A stretch of DNA of 64,000 nucleotides from Eledone cirrhosa (lineage: Eukaryota), in assembly GCA_964016885.1 (NCBI GenBank), contig OZ024754.1:10168001-10232000 (forward strand), given 5' to 3'. Both the position numbers and the translations under genes were made by a program. Below, one piece after another: positions 27,028-40,256 of the stretch. Below the pieces are notes generated by a model, which was not told where the DNA came from, did not search any database, and saw nothing but the letters and a program-made list of their open reading frames with translations. Within the stretch, counting starts at the first letter, position 1, and every line of letters starts with the position of its first letter.

Positions 27028-27074
27028 TACTCTGATGATTCCAGCCTTGTGCTAGGATGAAACGATTGTTAGTG
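27028..27074 (+). ncRNA. Minimal type I hammerhead ribozyme, second family
   Basis: Stem I UACU/AGUG, CUGAUGA (27032-27038), stem II UCC-AGC/GCU-AGGA, GAAA (27059-27062), self-complementary stem III ACGAUUGU, GUU triplet ending 27070. Confidence 0.65.
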
Positions 27075-27166
27075 ATTAAATGTTCTAAACACTCTTTGAT
27101 TACTGTTTATAAAGTATATTCATATATATATATATATACACACACACACAGACATACATACACACA

Positions 27167-27210
<44 letters not shown>

Positions 27211-27742
27211 TACACATAAATATATGTACACATATATTAATTAAAAGGTTAATTAGTCTCTAATACTTAAACATCTCAATGAATGGATAAAATATATAGA
27301 TAAGATCTCTCAGAGAAGCAATATTATATATTAAATTTAAGTGTAAAAAGCTCTATTTATAGGAGTACAGGCCAGACAGAGAAAATTAAGTTAGTCTCAC
27401 TGATATAAACCCCTCCCTACCATGGTTTCATTCATGAAAGAAACAAATTATGGGAATAACCAATATTGCAACAATCCGTGATACGATACCCTACCTTTGA
27501 GGGTAGATATTCTTCAAATCTAAGAGGCTATATTACTACCATTCATGTAAAGAAGCAACTTAAACTTTTTGATACCAACTCCCCCAAATCTGTCACTGGT
27601 TCCATCAAACAAACTCCTCATTTTAGAGGGTTCCTATTTAAATTATGCCCTCCAGCATATTACATATGAATCATTTTGTTATGTTACTGGCACCACCTTA
27701 ATAATGCAATGAATAAGAATTCTAGTAAATCCCTTCAATTCA

Positions 27743-27953
27743 AGCTTTTCATTAAAACCAGCCATATCTAGCCAGAATTCTCTCACCTGTTTCTCTTCAA
27801 ATGGCTGTAACTGGCTACTCATACTGATGTTAAGGTATTCTCAAAATAAATAATATCAAAATCTCAGATTATTCAATATTATGTGAGATAAAGCCTTTAT
27901 CATGAAAATATATAGTATATATATATAGAGTAATGTAAATGCTAAAGGGTTAA
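27743..27953 (-). mobile_element. piggyBac-like MITE
   Basis: Reverse complement of the 5040-5255 family. Ends TAAATGCTAAAGGGTTAA. Confidence 0.82.
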
Positions 27954-28327
27954 ATGAAAAAGAATGTATGTCATTAGACATGGTTACAGAAGAGTTAAGA
28001 ACCACTTACAAGACAAGACCCTCCAAAACCAAAACAAAGAGAAAACAAATGAAAAAATAACTTTCAAATATTTAATAGGTGTTAAACTTGTAACTGCCCT
28101 ATTGGCAGAGTTGTTAGAACGGTGGATAGAATGTTTTATGATTTTCATTGCAGTTCTCCTATCTCTGCTGTCAACTTTGCCTTTCATCCTTTCAAAGTCA
28201 ATAAAAACAAGTACCAGTCAACTATTGGGGTCGATTTTTGTATGTCTCCCTCTCTCACTTTCTATCCTTCTCTAGAAAAAAATCTACTGTGTTTAGAACT
28301 GAAGAGGTGATGAGTTCTACCAGGTGC

Positions 28328-28741
28328 AATCCTTTAGCATTTACATTACTCTCTATATATTAGTATATTTTCATCAGTGGATTGGCAGTATCAGTAGAGG
28401 GTCGGACGCCATGCTTTCCAGCATAGTTACGTCCCTTTACGATCTGAGTTCAAATCCCGCCGAGGTTGACTTTGCCTTTCATCCTTACGGGGTCGATAAA
28501 ATAAAGTACCAGTAATGCACTGGGTAATTGCTGGCCTTGTGCCTAAAGTAGAAACAATTATATTTTCATGGTATTTTTATTTCACATAATTATCTCGCAT
28601 AATATTGAATCTAAGATTTTGATATTTATTTTGAGAGCAATACCGTAACATCAGTATGAATGGCCAGTTATGGCTGGTTTGAACAGAAAGAAGTGAAAGA
28701 ATTCTGGCCAGATATGGCTGGTTTAAATGCTAAAGGGTTAA
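28328..28741 (+). mobile_element. piggyBac-like MITE interrupted by a family A SINE
   Basis: The MITE halves rejoin when 28375-28558 is removed. Confidence 0.85.
28375..28558 (+). mobile_element. SINE family A nested in the MITE, with an 11-bp TSD
   Basis: TATATTTTCAT at 28364-28374 and 28559-28569. Confidence 0.93.
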
Positions 28742-30142
28742 AATGCCAAAGAAACGCTGTATGCCATTACAGTCCCCTTAAGACTACAACAGAATTACGA
28801 GACTATCACATCACATCAAACTTGTAGCAAAAATAGTTCCAGTGTACACTCTAAAAGACTTTCACGTGGAGTATATTAATTCTAGAGAAACGGTTGGAAG
28901 AAAACCTAACTAAAAGTAATTAACAAGAGTGTGTGTATGTTATGAGACCTTCTGAATAATAGGGTCAAGATTTTAGTAAACTAAAGAATTCCCAGAAGGG
29001 TATATATTTAAGTCAAAGTACTGACAAGTATGTGTTGAGATGTATAATGACACATCCTTCACATTTAATTTCTACTTACATATCATCATTACATCACGTT
29101 ACGAAATTTCAATTCTATAAAAGATTCTTTACATATTGAAAAAATAAAAAATTCTATAAGCTTTTTGATACCTACCTACCCCAGGTTCTACAATACTAAA
29201 CTAAGTACTTTAAAGTGTTTACATTTATCTAGAATCTTTTTGTTGTAATTTTATGTTATAACCTTTGTTGTGTTACGTTTCAAAACTAACTTATGAGAAG
29301 GTTTGGTAGATTACTAAACCCTTCAAAATTCTTGATTTTCATTAAAAATCATCCACCAGAACCCACCCCAAGTTCTATAATACCAAACTAATTAATTTAA
29401 AGTGTTTGCATTTATCTAAAAACTTTCCATAAAAATTCTATGTAAAAACATTTGTTATGTTCCAAACATCAGCTTAATAATGAAAATGGTTTTAAAAATT
29501 ACATTTTATTCATAATGTACCCCTGTATAATTAGTCAATACTGACAGAGCTCTAATTGAGGATTAAAACTAAAGTGGGAATGGTAAATTTCTTTCTGGTC
29601 ATACAGAGATTAAAAATATAATTTAGTAACACAAACATTAATTTAGAACTTGTTTAATAATATAAGCAAAGAGTTTACAATACTTAGAAATGTTTCAAAC
29701 TTTCAATAGGTACTGTCTTAACCTTTTACTTATATTTCTAATGAAAAATGCTACTTTATTTCTAATGAAAGACACTGCTTATGTTTTTTTTTTTGTTTTT
29801 TTTTTTAATCATGGAAATAATCAAGAATTTGGAGTGACTTAGTAATATAACAAACTTTCTTATTAAACTAATGTTTGGAATATAACAAAGTTTCTTAGAT
29901 AAAATTGCAACGGATGGTTTTTGGATAAATATAAATGCTTTAATACAAACATTTTGTGTTGTAGTAATTGGGGGAAGTTTGGGAATAAAAGGGTTGAATA
30001 TTTATTATTCTGTACCTTTAGGTATGAAGAAAGAGCAGCGAAAGTTCATTGAAGAACATACAAGCAGGGTTAAAGAATACATAACCCAGTAAAAAGACTA
30101 GGATTCTTTTTGTTAGAAAGCAAAAGAAATACACATAAATAT

Positions 30143-30396
30143 CATAAAGGATTTGAAGAGAAAAATACCCCAGTTACAGATTGGGCTGCAACGAAGAGTT
30201 CATAAATAAAGGATTTGAAGAGAAAAATACCCCAGTTACAGATTGGACTACAACGAAGAGTTCATAAATAAAGGATTTGAAGAGAAAAATACCCCAGTTA
30301 CAGATTGGACTACAACGAAGAGTTCATAAATAAAGGATTTGAAGAGAAAAATACCCCAGTTACAGATTGGACTACAACGAAGAGTTCATAAATAAA
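30143..30396. repeat. 62-bp tandem repeat, 4 copies
   Basis: ATAAAGGATTTGAAGAGAAAAATACCCCAGTTACAGATTGGACTACAACGAAGAGTTCATAA with a period of 62. Confidence 0.95.
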
Positions 30397-31984
30397 GATA
30401 TCTTTATAATAGATATTCAAGTTAAAGCAGCTACTGTGAAATGGTTTATTTTTCTTCAGAGAAACACATGTGTCTGCTGACTGGAAGGAAGGAAGATAGG
30501 ATGGACATGTTTTGAAGAGCCAAAACTGATAGAGTATTATTTTCAAATATTTCTTAAGTAATGATATAATAAAAGACTATAATATTTGCAAGATATTTAT
30601 TATTTTTGTTTGGTTTTTAAATAATATTTTACACTAGTACCTTTCAAAGTGTCAGAAATATATAAATAATATATAAATCCATCAATTAGAATGTATATAG
30701 AAAGGAGGAAAACAACTAATAGACATAATATCTGTTTATAAATTTTACCCTACGATGACTATACATTATTAAATACAGATATATACAAGTAGAATTAACT
30801 CTTTCCATCTTATTACTTTTAACGGTAATAACTATTAGCATTTAAAACATTGCTTTCACCATCTTAATCATCTAATACCTTTTCAGATATAATATTACAG
30901 TCAAAATGCATACATTTTTATAACCATAAGCTAGTCTTAGGCAGATATTAGATGATAATCTCATATAAGAAGATTATGAAGGGACAAATTTACTTTAAAT
31001 TTTCAGATTAATTTTAAAACCAGGTTCTGAAAATGCATGACGTCATTTCTCATAATATTTCTGTGCCTAAAATGCATCATTATCATCATCTCAGGAAATA
31101 TAAGTCTATGTATATATGTATATATGTGCATATTTATTAACACGTGTTACTGAAAGATCTATATACAAAAGTTGCAGCATGTGTATAATATTTCTATATG
31201 TACGTACGTATGGACGGAGCCATAACTCCCGATAGAGTCGTAGGGGCGCTGTAATACATCGTTTCTTGGACATTTTAAGCCTGGCAGAGCCCATCTCTCT
31301 CCAGGAGTATTTCTACATACACAGGCCAATATGTGTGTGTGTAGCTGATGGTCTAAGATGACCAGGGACTAGTCAGGTCCATTCCACTTTCTCAGCCCAG
31401 GTTATACCAGCTGGTGTAATCATTTGCTGTATATTTTCCACAGAAATATTAAAATTGTTTATCATGAAATTTCAAAATATCAAAAATAAAAAGTGAGGGC
31501 TAGACACTGTCTAGAGCATTATTAATTAATTAACCATATTGTTATTGCAAGCAATGTTAGGTATACCAGGAAGGCCAGTTTAGTTACTTAATCACAAATA
31601 AAAAGGGAAAATCCATGACCTTTTTAAGGACCTTTGAGACTAGTGAAGAGATGTAGAGAGGAAGGTGTCCTTAAAACACAGACTTGATGCAAATGCTTAT
31701 AGCAAAATATATGTGAGCTTGGAAACATTATAAAGGTGTCGACAGAAGACTGGTAAACTATTGTAGACAGAGTTCTAAGAGGAGTAGAAACTAATTTTCT
31801 GTCTTCGGAGAGATAAAACCAGTAGCATAAGCACATTGTTTATAAAAAAGTAAAGGTTGTATGTTTATTAAAAAAAATTGTATATTTTTAATGATTATTT
31901 TTCTATGAAGACATGGGTAGGGTGGGCTGTCACAAAAAAAAAAATCAGATTGTAATCAGACCTACTTTTCTTCCAAACATTTTG

Positions 31985-32022
<38 letters not shown>

Positions 32023-32320
32023 TATACACATACATTTCTGTATGTATGCAAAAGAGAAACAGAAATAATGAAGCAAACGACACAGTAGGTAAAGAGACTC
32101 AACGTTTTGGACGCTAGACCTTCATCAAAAGATAGAATGAGAAATTAAAGAAGAAATACAAAGATTGAGGAAACAGACAGAGAAGAAAAAAAAAATGTTA
32201 AGAAAAATAATAGGTCCATTCATGTTGCTTTCTCTTGGAAAACTGTTGATGCCAGTGTTTTGTGTATGATATATTTTTTAAAAAAAACTATGTACATACA
32301 CAAAACACACACACATCTGC

Positions 32321-32360
<40 letters not shown>

Positions 32361-33049
32361 GCGTGTTTGTATGTATATGTGCGTGTGTGTGTTGTATACA
32401 AGCTGCACTATGCGTTGCTTCCTTCATCAGCTGTTGACAGGAGATCACAATTTCAAATCCTTCCAAAAATCTTGCTTCAAGAGACAGATTAAATCCTTTT
32501 GAGGACCCAAGAGATTAAAAGAAAAAGCATATGGTCCCACCCCACCATATATGAAGTCGGCAAAGAAAAAAAAAAATGGATTTATTTAGTTACCTATTTA
32601 ATATAAGGAGACACTAGTCTTTTCAATTGTTAATACTATCTACTTGTCACAAAGCCAGGCAGAAGGTGGAACGTGAAATAAATTGTCTTGCTCAAGGACA
32701 CAATGCATCACCCAGTCTGGGAATCGAACTCACAACCACTCAGCCATGTGCCTTCACACACACACACAAACACTATATATATATACATTTTTTTTTTTTT
32801 TTCATCTGGACATTGCAGAAGTAAAATCAACTTTTGTAAAGTTATATCACACAGAAGTGATGGTCCTGGAGGGAGATATTTACATATGTCTAACTAAAAG
32901 CACATCAAACTTTCTACAGTAAACTAAATGTGTGCACTCTCAACAGTTGATTGCAGCTGCATAACTGCAATTTGCCAGATTCATTGAGTGAGCTAGACGC
33001 TGGCCGAGGGACACTGTATTTATACCAGCGATCTTTGTTACTTCCATCC

Positions 33050-33318
33050 ACACCACCCTTTCTCTGTAAAGTTATGTTGGTACCTCAGAGCATCCAATCC
33101 ACACTGTAAAGTGGTTCTGTAGGTGACACGAGACAAAAAGCACCCAGTCCACACTGTAAAGTGGTTGCCGTTAGGAAGGGCATCCAGCCGTAGTAAACCT
33201 GCTAGAAACAGTTCTATACGAGCGAGATATGGTCACCCGACCAATCTTGCCTCGAGTGGGACAAACCCGTCCAACCCATGCTAGCATGGAAGATGGATAT
33301 TAAACGATGATGATGATG
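33050..33318 (+). mobile_element. RTE-dependent non-autonomous element (family C-related)
   Basis: Shares GTAAAGTTATGTTGG, GTTAGGAAGGGCATCC and the AACCCATGCTAGCATGGAAG...(GAT)n tail. Confidence 0.75.
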
Positions 33319-33332
33319 ACACACACACACAT

Positions 33333-33362
<30 letters not shown>

Positions 33363-33364
<2 letters not shown>

Positions 33365-33700
33365 ATACGATATTAACAAATGGAAACTATATTTATAAAA
33401 CCATATTTATTTTATTATACATATTTCAAGGACACCACGTTAAATTATAGATATGGTTGCATTTTTTAAGGGTATGTCAATATTTATTTATAAAACTGAT
33501 CTATATTGTATTTTGTCTGATGAAAGCACACCATAATTTAACGTGGTGTCCTTGAAATATGTATAATAAAATAAATATGGTTTTATAAATATAGTTTCCA
33601 TTTGTTAATATCGTATATTTACTCCAAATACTTGTTGAGTGCTTTATATCAGTTATAAAAATATTTGCTTGTTGTATCCCAACAATTTAAATAGAACTTT

Positions 33701-33705
<5 letters not shown>
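33363..33705 (+). mobile_element. Penelope-like pLTR remnant, second copy, with an 86-bp inverted arm
   Basis: 33363-33448 is the reverse complement of 33533-33618. The body is homologous to 25169-25430. (TA)n lies on both sides. Confidence 0.7.
33509..33573 (+). ncRNA. Minimal type I hammerhead ribozyme, paralog of 25229-25294
   Basis: Stem I UAUUUUGU/AUAAAAUA, CUGAUGA (33517-33523), stem II AAGCACACCA/UGGUGUCCUU, GAAA (33554-33557), stem III AUAUGUAU. Confidence 0.8.
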
Positions 33706-33752
<47 letters not shown>

Positions 33753-34339
33753 AAAGACAAATACATTGAATTTGGTTAAAACTGTGCCTTTCTTAACTTG
33801 ATAGCATAGCATGTTCTTATTTTACTTAATGTTTAATCCAGCTCTTATTGCTCTCCCTCCAAAAATCCCAACGTTCCCAGAAATTGTCCAGGGGATCTGT
33901 GTGACCCTCATTAAGTATATCTCTGCTATCTATATAACTAGCACACAAAACCGGGTCAAGCTGCAACCACTTCAATCATGCTGTAAATATTTTGTTTTAT
34001 GTTTCGGGGTTTGTTCTTTACATCCATCTTCAGCTTCCCTCCCATACATCAAACCCATTCTATCAATAATTGTTTCTACTTTTGGCACAAGGCCAGCAGA
34101 TACCCAGTACATTACTGGTACTTTATTTTATCGACCCCCGTAAGGATGAAATATAATAATGTACTTTCTCTTTCATTCTTACAGTTCATGAATCACTATC
34201 ATAAAGCTAGGTATGTATGTATGTGTGTGTACATATATATATACACACACACACACACATATATATATATACACACATACATACATGTATATACATACAT
34301 AGATATAAATACAGACTAAGATCCAAAGAGGACTCCTTA

Positions 34340-34382
<43 letters not shown>

Positions 34383-34516
34383 TGTGTGTGTGTGTGTGTA
34401 TAAGTATATATAAACCCGTAGAGCAAATAGTTATTAATTCAGATTAAAAGTTTAAGCAAAACGTGTTTGCTTTAAGCAGAAATCTTTTGCTTAAACTTTT
34501 AATATGTACTAATAAT

Positions 34517-34566
<50 letters not shown>

Positions 34567-34700
34567 CTTCATTTTTATGTCCGCTTTTCTATGCTTGAAT
34601 GGATATATATATATATATAATACAAATAAACACAGACCCCAACATATATATGTGTGTGTGTGCACTGAATATTAAATGGGTATTAAGTAATGATGATGAT

Positions 34701-34750
<50 letters not shown>

Positions 34751-34858
34751 ATAGTATAACTATGCATTTAGGTATCTATATATGTGTGTGTGTGTGTATG
34801 CAAGTTTTAAACATATATCTGTACACATAGATACATATGTGTGCAGATGTATGTGTAC

Positions 34859-34945
<87 letters not shown>

Positions 34946-35018
34946 CATATATATATATGTATATATTTATTTATTTATTTATACACACGGAACTAAATTT
35001 ATTAGGTGCTCTTTCTCA

Positions 35019-35049
<31 letters not shown>

Positions 35050-35357
35050 ACAAAATACACCCCCCACCCACCCCATCCACACCGCCCCTTTCAATGTAAA
35101 GTTATGTTGGTGCCACAACATCCAGGCCGAAACAAATGAGATCGTGTAGGTGTCACGACAAAATAATGTGGCCGTGTAGGCAACACGGTAAAAACCTCCC
35201 AGCCCCACACTGTAAATGTGGTTGGTGTTAGGAAAGGCATCCAGCTGTAGAAAACCCACCAGACAGTCCTATGCAAGCAAGACAACCACTCTTGCCTCAA
35301 GTGGGAAAACTCCCGTCCAAACCCATGGACGTTAAACGATGATGATGATGATGATGA
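35050..35357 (+). mobile_element. RTE-dependent non-autonomous element (family C)
   Basis: Close paralog of 22900-23258. Confidence 0.8.
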
Positions 35358-35491
35358 TATATAGACATAAAAGTTATATTTATATCTGATAAGATGCCAG
35401 AACATAGAAAGTTAGGTAAGGATCACCAAGTTTAAGTTGTTTGGCTATCTATCTATCTATCTATCTACCTATCTATCTACCTACCTATCTA

Positions 35492-35983
35492 TCTAAAACG
35501 AAACAGAGGTGGTTTTCCTCTGTACAGTGGCTATGGTGAAAGAAGTTATATGGTGGACGAGATTGAGAGGACTGAGGACAGATGCCTTTCTCTCCGGACA
35601 ACAATTGATTCCCTTCTTTAAGTATCACTTTAGAAGGAGAATCAGGGTGGAGAGAGAGGCACTGCACCCCAGTAAATTTACTGAAAGGTCGGTGAATGAA
35701 GTGAAAATGGCCCGAGTGATTGGGCCTTCTCTGTTTATAAGCCTGTAGGTTGAAGAAGAGAGCAAAAGGAAGAAAGGAACACTTGCACAACACGCTCCTG
35801 GAGTTGAGGGTTGTTCTATCGACGGGGTATTAAACAACCCATTTGTGGCGCCTCCCCCCTATTGGGGATTTCGATTGTTGTAATTGTTTGTTTTATATTT
35901 TTTACACGACCGTATGTAAAATCCACGGCATGTCTTTGTATTGTCCCCTATTCTTGTGCGCCCTTGTGGCAAATAAAGAAATC
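35492..35983 (+). mobile_element. 3' end of a Tx1/L1-like non-LTR retrotransposon inserted in (CTAT/CTAC)n
   Basis: ORF 35509-35748 (...KEVIWWTR...FFKYHFRRRIRVERE...) is homologous to 14689-14826 and ends with the same GCCCTTGTGGCAAATAAAGAAATC terminus. Confidence 0.7.
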
Positions 35984-36034
35984 TACCTACCTACCTACCT
36001 ACCTATCTGGTTATTTCATTCACCTGTCATACCT

Positions 36035-36194
36035 GAGCTGATATAGATGGCTAACGAGGGAGGAGAGAGTTTAGTAGGGGACTGTCATGGTTAGATTCAC
36101 ATGATTTTCTAACAGAGCTGATATAGATGACTAACGAGGGAGGAGAAAGTTTAGTAGGTGACTGTCATGGTTAGATTCACATGATTTTCTAACA
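36035..36194. repeat. 80-bp tandem duplication
   Basis: GAGCTGATATAGATG...TTTTCTAACA at 36035 and 36115. Confidence 0.9.
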
Positions 36195-36261
36195 ACTTAA
36201 AAAGCACATGGCAATGTCTGTAGAAGTTCACCCAGCAACATAGAATAATAGCAATAATAAT

Positions 36262-36367
36262 AATAATTGTTTCTATATTTGGCACAAGGCCAGCAATTAC
36301 CCAGTGCATTACTGGTACTTTATTTTATCGACCCCGTAAGGATGAAAGGCAAAGTTAACCTCGGCGG
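36262..36367 (-). mobile_element. SINE family A, 5'-truncated
   Basis: Tail and body match. Similar truncated copies at 34065-34150, 39808-39945 and 61290-61430. Confidence 0.88.
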
Positions 36368-36967
36368 GAGAATAATAATAATAATAATAACAATAATAAT
36401 AATAAAACAACTTTCATTATTGATGATGAATGTTGCTTTTGTTTTCTTTCACTCTTTACTGCATTTTTCTCCATGGTGATGAAAATGATAATGGTGATTA
36501 ATGTTGAGGTGGTGGTGTTGGTGGTGAAGATATTGATGGTGGTGATGGTGGTGGTGGTATTGGTGATGAGGCTGCTGGTAATAGTGGTGGCGGTGATGAA
36601 GAAGATATTGATGGTGGTGATGATGAAGATATTGATGGTGGTGGTGATGGTGATGAGGCTGCTGATAGTAGTGATGGTGGTGATGATGATGATGAAGATG
36701 CTGATAGTGGTGGCGGTGGTGGTAACAACCATGACACCAAGTTTAATAGGATTCTTTATAGAGGGCAAAGTGGTGGTGGTGGTGAAGGAGGTGGCGGTGG
36801 TGGTGGTCTCAACAGATGACTAAGAAGTGGCAGTGTAAATGCAGTGTAAGTGATAAGTGTGGTGTTGTATATAAATGTGTGTGTGTATATATATATGTGT
36901 GTATGTGTGTGTGTATATCTGTGTGTGTATATATATATATGTGTGTTGTGTGTATGTGTGTGAGTGT

Positions 36968-37004
<37 letters not shown>

Positions 37005-37329
37005 TGTGTGTGTGTGTGTGTGTGCATGTGGTGAAACAAGAGTGCAACAGTAAAATGCAACAAATAACAGAGACAGCTAACAGACAACTTCAGAAGAGAT
37101 CAGGGGGGAAGGGGGAGCCGAGAGAGAGAGAGAGAGAGAGGCGGATGGATCTGATTAAGGAAGTCCTTCATTCACAACATACTGGTTTAACAGCATGATG
37201 ACAATGATGATGATGATGATGATTATAACAATAATATTGATGATGATGATGATGATGATTATAACGATGATGATGATGATGCTAATGATTATTATTATAA
37301 TGATGATGATGAAGAAGTAAAAGAACTAA

Positions 37330-37895
37330 GAGACAGAAGAAAGAAAGAATGAATGAAAAAGAAAGTAAGAATGAATGAAAAAAAGAAAGGATGAATGAAA
37401 AAGAAAGAAAGAAAGAATGAATGAAAAAGAAAGTAAGAATGAATGAAAGAAAGAAAGGATGAATGAAAAAGAAAGGATGAATGAAAAAGAAAGAAAGAAA
37501 GAAAGAATGAATGAAAGAAAGAATGAATGAAAAAGAAAGAAAGAAAGAATGAATGAAAGAAACAATGAATGAAAAAGAAAGTAAGAATGAATGAAAGAAA
37601 GAATGAATGAAAAAGAAAGTAAGAATGAATGAAAGAAAGAAAGGATGAATGAAAGAAAGTAAGAATGAATGAAAGAAAGAAACAATGAATGAAAAAGAAA
37701 GTAAGAATGAATGAAAGAAAGAAAGAATGAATGAAAAAGAAAGTAAGAATGAATGAAAGAAAGAAAGGATGAATGAAAAAGAAAAAGAAACAATGAATGA
37801 AAGAATGAATGAAAAAGAAAGTAAGAATGAATGAAAGAAAGAAAGAATTAATGAAAGAAAGAAAGAATTAATGAAAGAAAGAAAGAATGAATGAA
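37330..37895. repeat. (GAAT)/(GAAA) compound purine-rich repeat
   Basis: Read directly. Confidence 0.92.
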
Positions 37896-38490
37896 AGGAG
37901 AAATGCTTTCCTTCTTCATTTTCTCGTTTTAAGAGAAACAAGTTTCAGTGAGAATTTTAAAAAAAAAAGATAGAAATTTTTTTTTTTTTTAAATAGGGTG
38001 GAAGACAACAACAACAACAACAACAACAACGGGAAGAATTCTGAATGTACACAATATTCTTCCTCCTCCTCGTCCTCAGATCTGACTACCCCAGAGCTAG
38101 CATCTATTGATATCAACAGTATATGACAATAATACCACACATGCAACACACCTTATTGGCTACTAATGATGGATAAACACACCGAAGACTGAAGATTCTT
38201 AATATTATTATACACCAGACTCCCAGACACCAAAACAAGATTAACACATATGTGCAATAGGGTGCGTGTATGCGTGTGTAAGTGTGTGGTGTTGTGTGTG
38301 TGGTGTTGTGTGTGTGTGTGTAAGTCTGTATGTGTAAGTACATGGTGTGTGAGGTGGGGGGTGGGGGTCAATATACTTTCTTTCAGTAACCTTTTATTTT
38401 CTTCTTTCATTCATTCTATCATTCCATAAAGGATTCTAAGAAAGGAAAGTAATAAGGGAGCAGCATGCAAATAGATTCAATGTTTTCAAT

Positions 38491-38572
<82 letters not shown>

Positions 38573-38715
38573 CATACCTGCATGTATGTATATTAGTATA
38601 TGTATGTGTGCATATGCACATTATATATATATATTAATATCGTGTTAATTTAAGCTCTGTAACCTACATAGAGCACTCTTTTTTCCTGAACCTTTCCGAC
38701 GGAATTACTTCATTT

Positions 38716-38748
<33 letters not shown>

Positions 38749-38807
38749 ACCCATGCTAGCGTGGAAAATGGACGTTAAACGAAGATGATGATGATGATGA
38801 TATATAT

Positions 38808-38947
38808 AGTAATAATAATAAATTTGAAGACTAAAATCCAAAGAGGGCTCGATAAGGATAAATATATATCAAATATATAAGAACCGTAGAGCAAATATTT
38901 ATTAAAATAACAGATTAAAGTTTAAGCAAAGAATCGCTGCTTTCACG
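38808..38947 (-). mobile_element. Family D repeat (probable Penelope-type terminus) in (TA)n
   Basis: Near-identical to 49095-49240 and to the reverse complement of 50895-51054. Diverged copy at 34313-34503. Confidence 0.7.
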
Positions 38948-38948
38948 T

Positions 38949-38983
<35 letters not shown>

Positions 38984-39072
38984 TAAATTGATATACACAC
39001 GATATAATAATACACAAACAAATATGCTGGCAGTTAAAACAAATGTTAAATGATGAATATATACATGTTCAT

Positions 39073-39112
<40 letters not shown>

Positions 39113-39157
39113 GAAAAGTATAGAAATTGTTGTAGCGAGAAGCTAACAGTATTCCAT

Positions 39158-39205
<48 letters not shown>

Positions 39206-39226
39206 CATCTATCTTCCATGCTAGCA

Positions 39227-39270
<44 letters not shown>

Positions 39271-39493
39271 CATCAACATCTATCTTCCATGCTAGCATGA
39301 GTGTGTGTGTGTGTGTATATATATATAAGGTCGGCCGACCGGACACTGCCCACAACAGGACAACCCGTCTAACCCATGCTAGCGTGGAAGAACGGACGTA
39401 AAACGGTGATGATGATGATGATACATATGTGTGGGATTATTTGTATGCATGTATTTATGGATACACTCAGTACATATTGACAGACATATCTAT

Positions 39494-39528
<35 letters not shown>

Positions 39529-39999
39529 CTCTCTCTATATATATATAGATAGATATATATATATATATCTACGAGCATCTGTGTGTACAAGTGTTTCTGC
39601 ATGTATGTATAGATAGAAATACACGATAATGTACTGTAAAGAAAGTAAGCAGAATATTTAACCTATTTTGGGGGTGAGGATGGGATCAGAGTTAACAAAC
39701 TCCCACCCCCAACACAAATTGTATCACCATCACCACCACCACCACCACCACCACCACCATCATCATCATCTCTACCTCAAACATATTCTATATATCCCCA
39801 CCTCAAATAATAATTGTTTCTACTATTGGCACAAGGACAGCAATTACCCCAGTACATTACTGGTACTTTATGTTATCGACCCCCGTAAGGATGAAAGGCA
39901 AAGTCAACCTCGGCGGGATTTGAACTCAGACTGGCAAGGGCCGTAAATAATAATAATAATAATAATAATAATAGTAATGTATATATATATATATATATA

Positions 40000-40213
40000 T
40001 AATGATTTCTAGTAGAGGCACAAGGCCAGCAATTTTGGGGAGAGGGGGGAAAGTCGATTAAATCGACCCCAGTGCGTGACTGGTACTATATTTTATCGAC
40101 CCCCCCATAAGGATGAAAGGCAAAGTTAACCTCTGTGGGATTTGAACTCAGAACGTAAAGAGCCATAACTCTATGCTGCAAAGCATGGCATCTGATGCTC
40201 TACCGATACTGCC
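40000..40213 (-). mobile_element. SINE family A, long variant
   Basis: Retains a GGGGAGAGGGGGGAAAGTCGATTAAATCGAC segment absent from most copies. Confidence 0.88.
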
Positions 40214-40219
40214 ATGATG

Positions 40220-40254
<35 letters not shown>

Positions 40255-40256
<2 letters not shown>

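Noticed and set aside
31905-31930. TGAAGACATGGGTAG resembling miR-71
   Set aside because: One base is missing in the seed region, the 3' half diverges, and no precursor hairpin is visible.
32094-32135. Minus-strand TTGATGAAGGTCTAGCGTCCAAAACGTT, hammerhead-like
   Set aside because: Both core boxes are mutated (UUGAUGA, AAAA). Counted only as a possible fossil, not annotated as a ribozyme.
37916-38149. ORF with an acidic stretch (SEDEEEEEY) as a possible exon
   Set aside because: No convincing splice sites, and it runs into (TTG)n and poly-A sequence.
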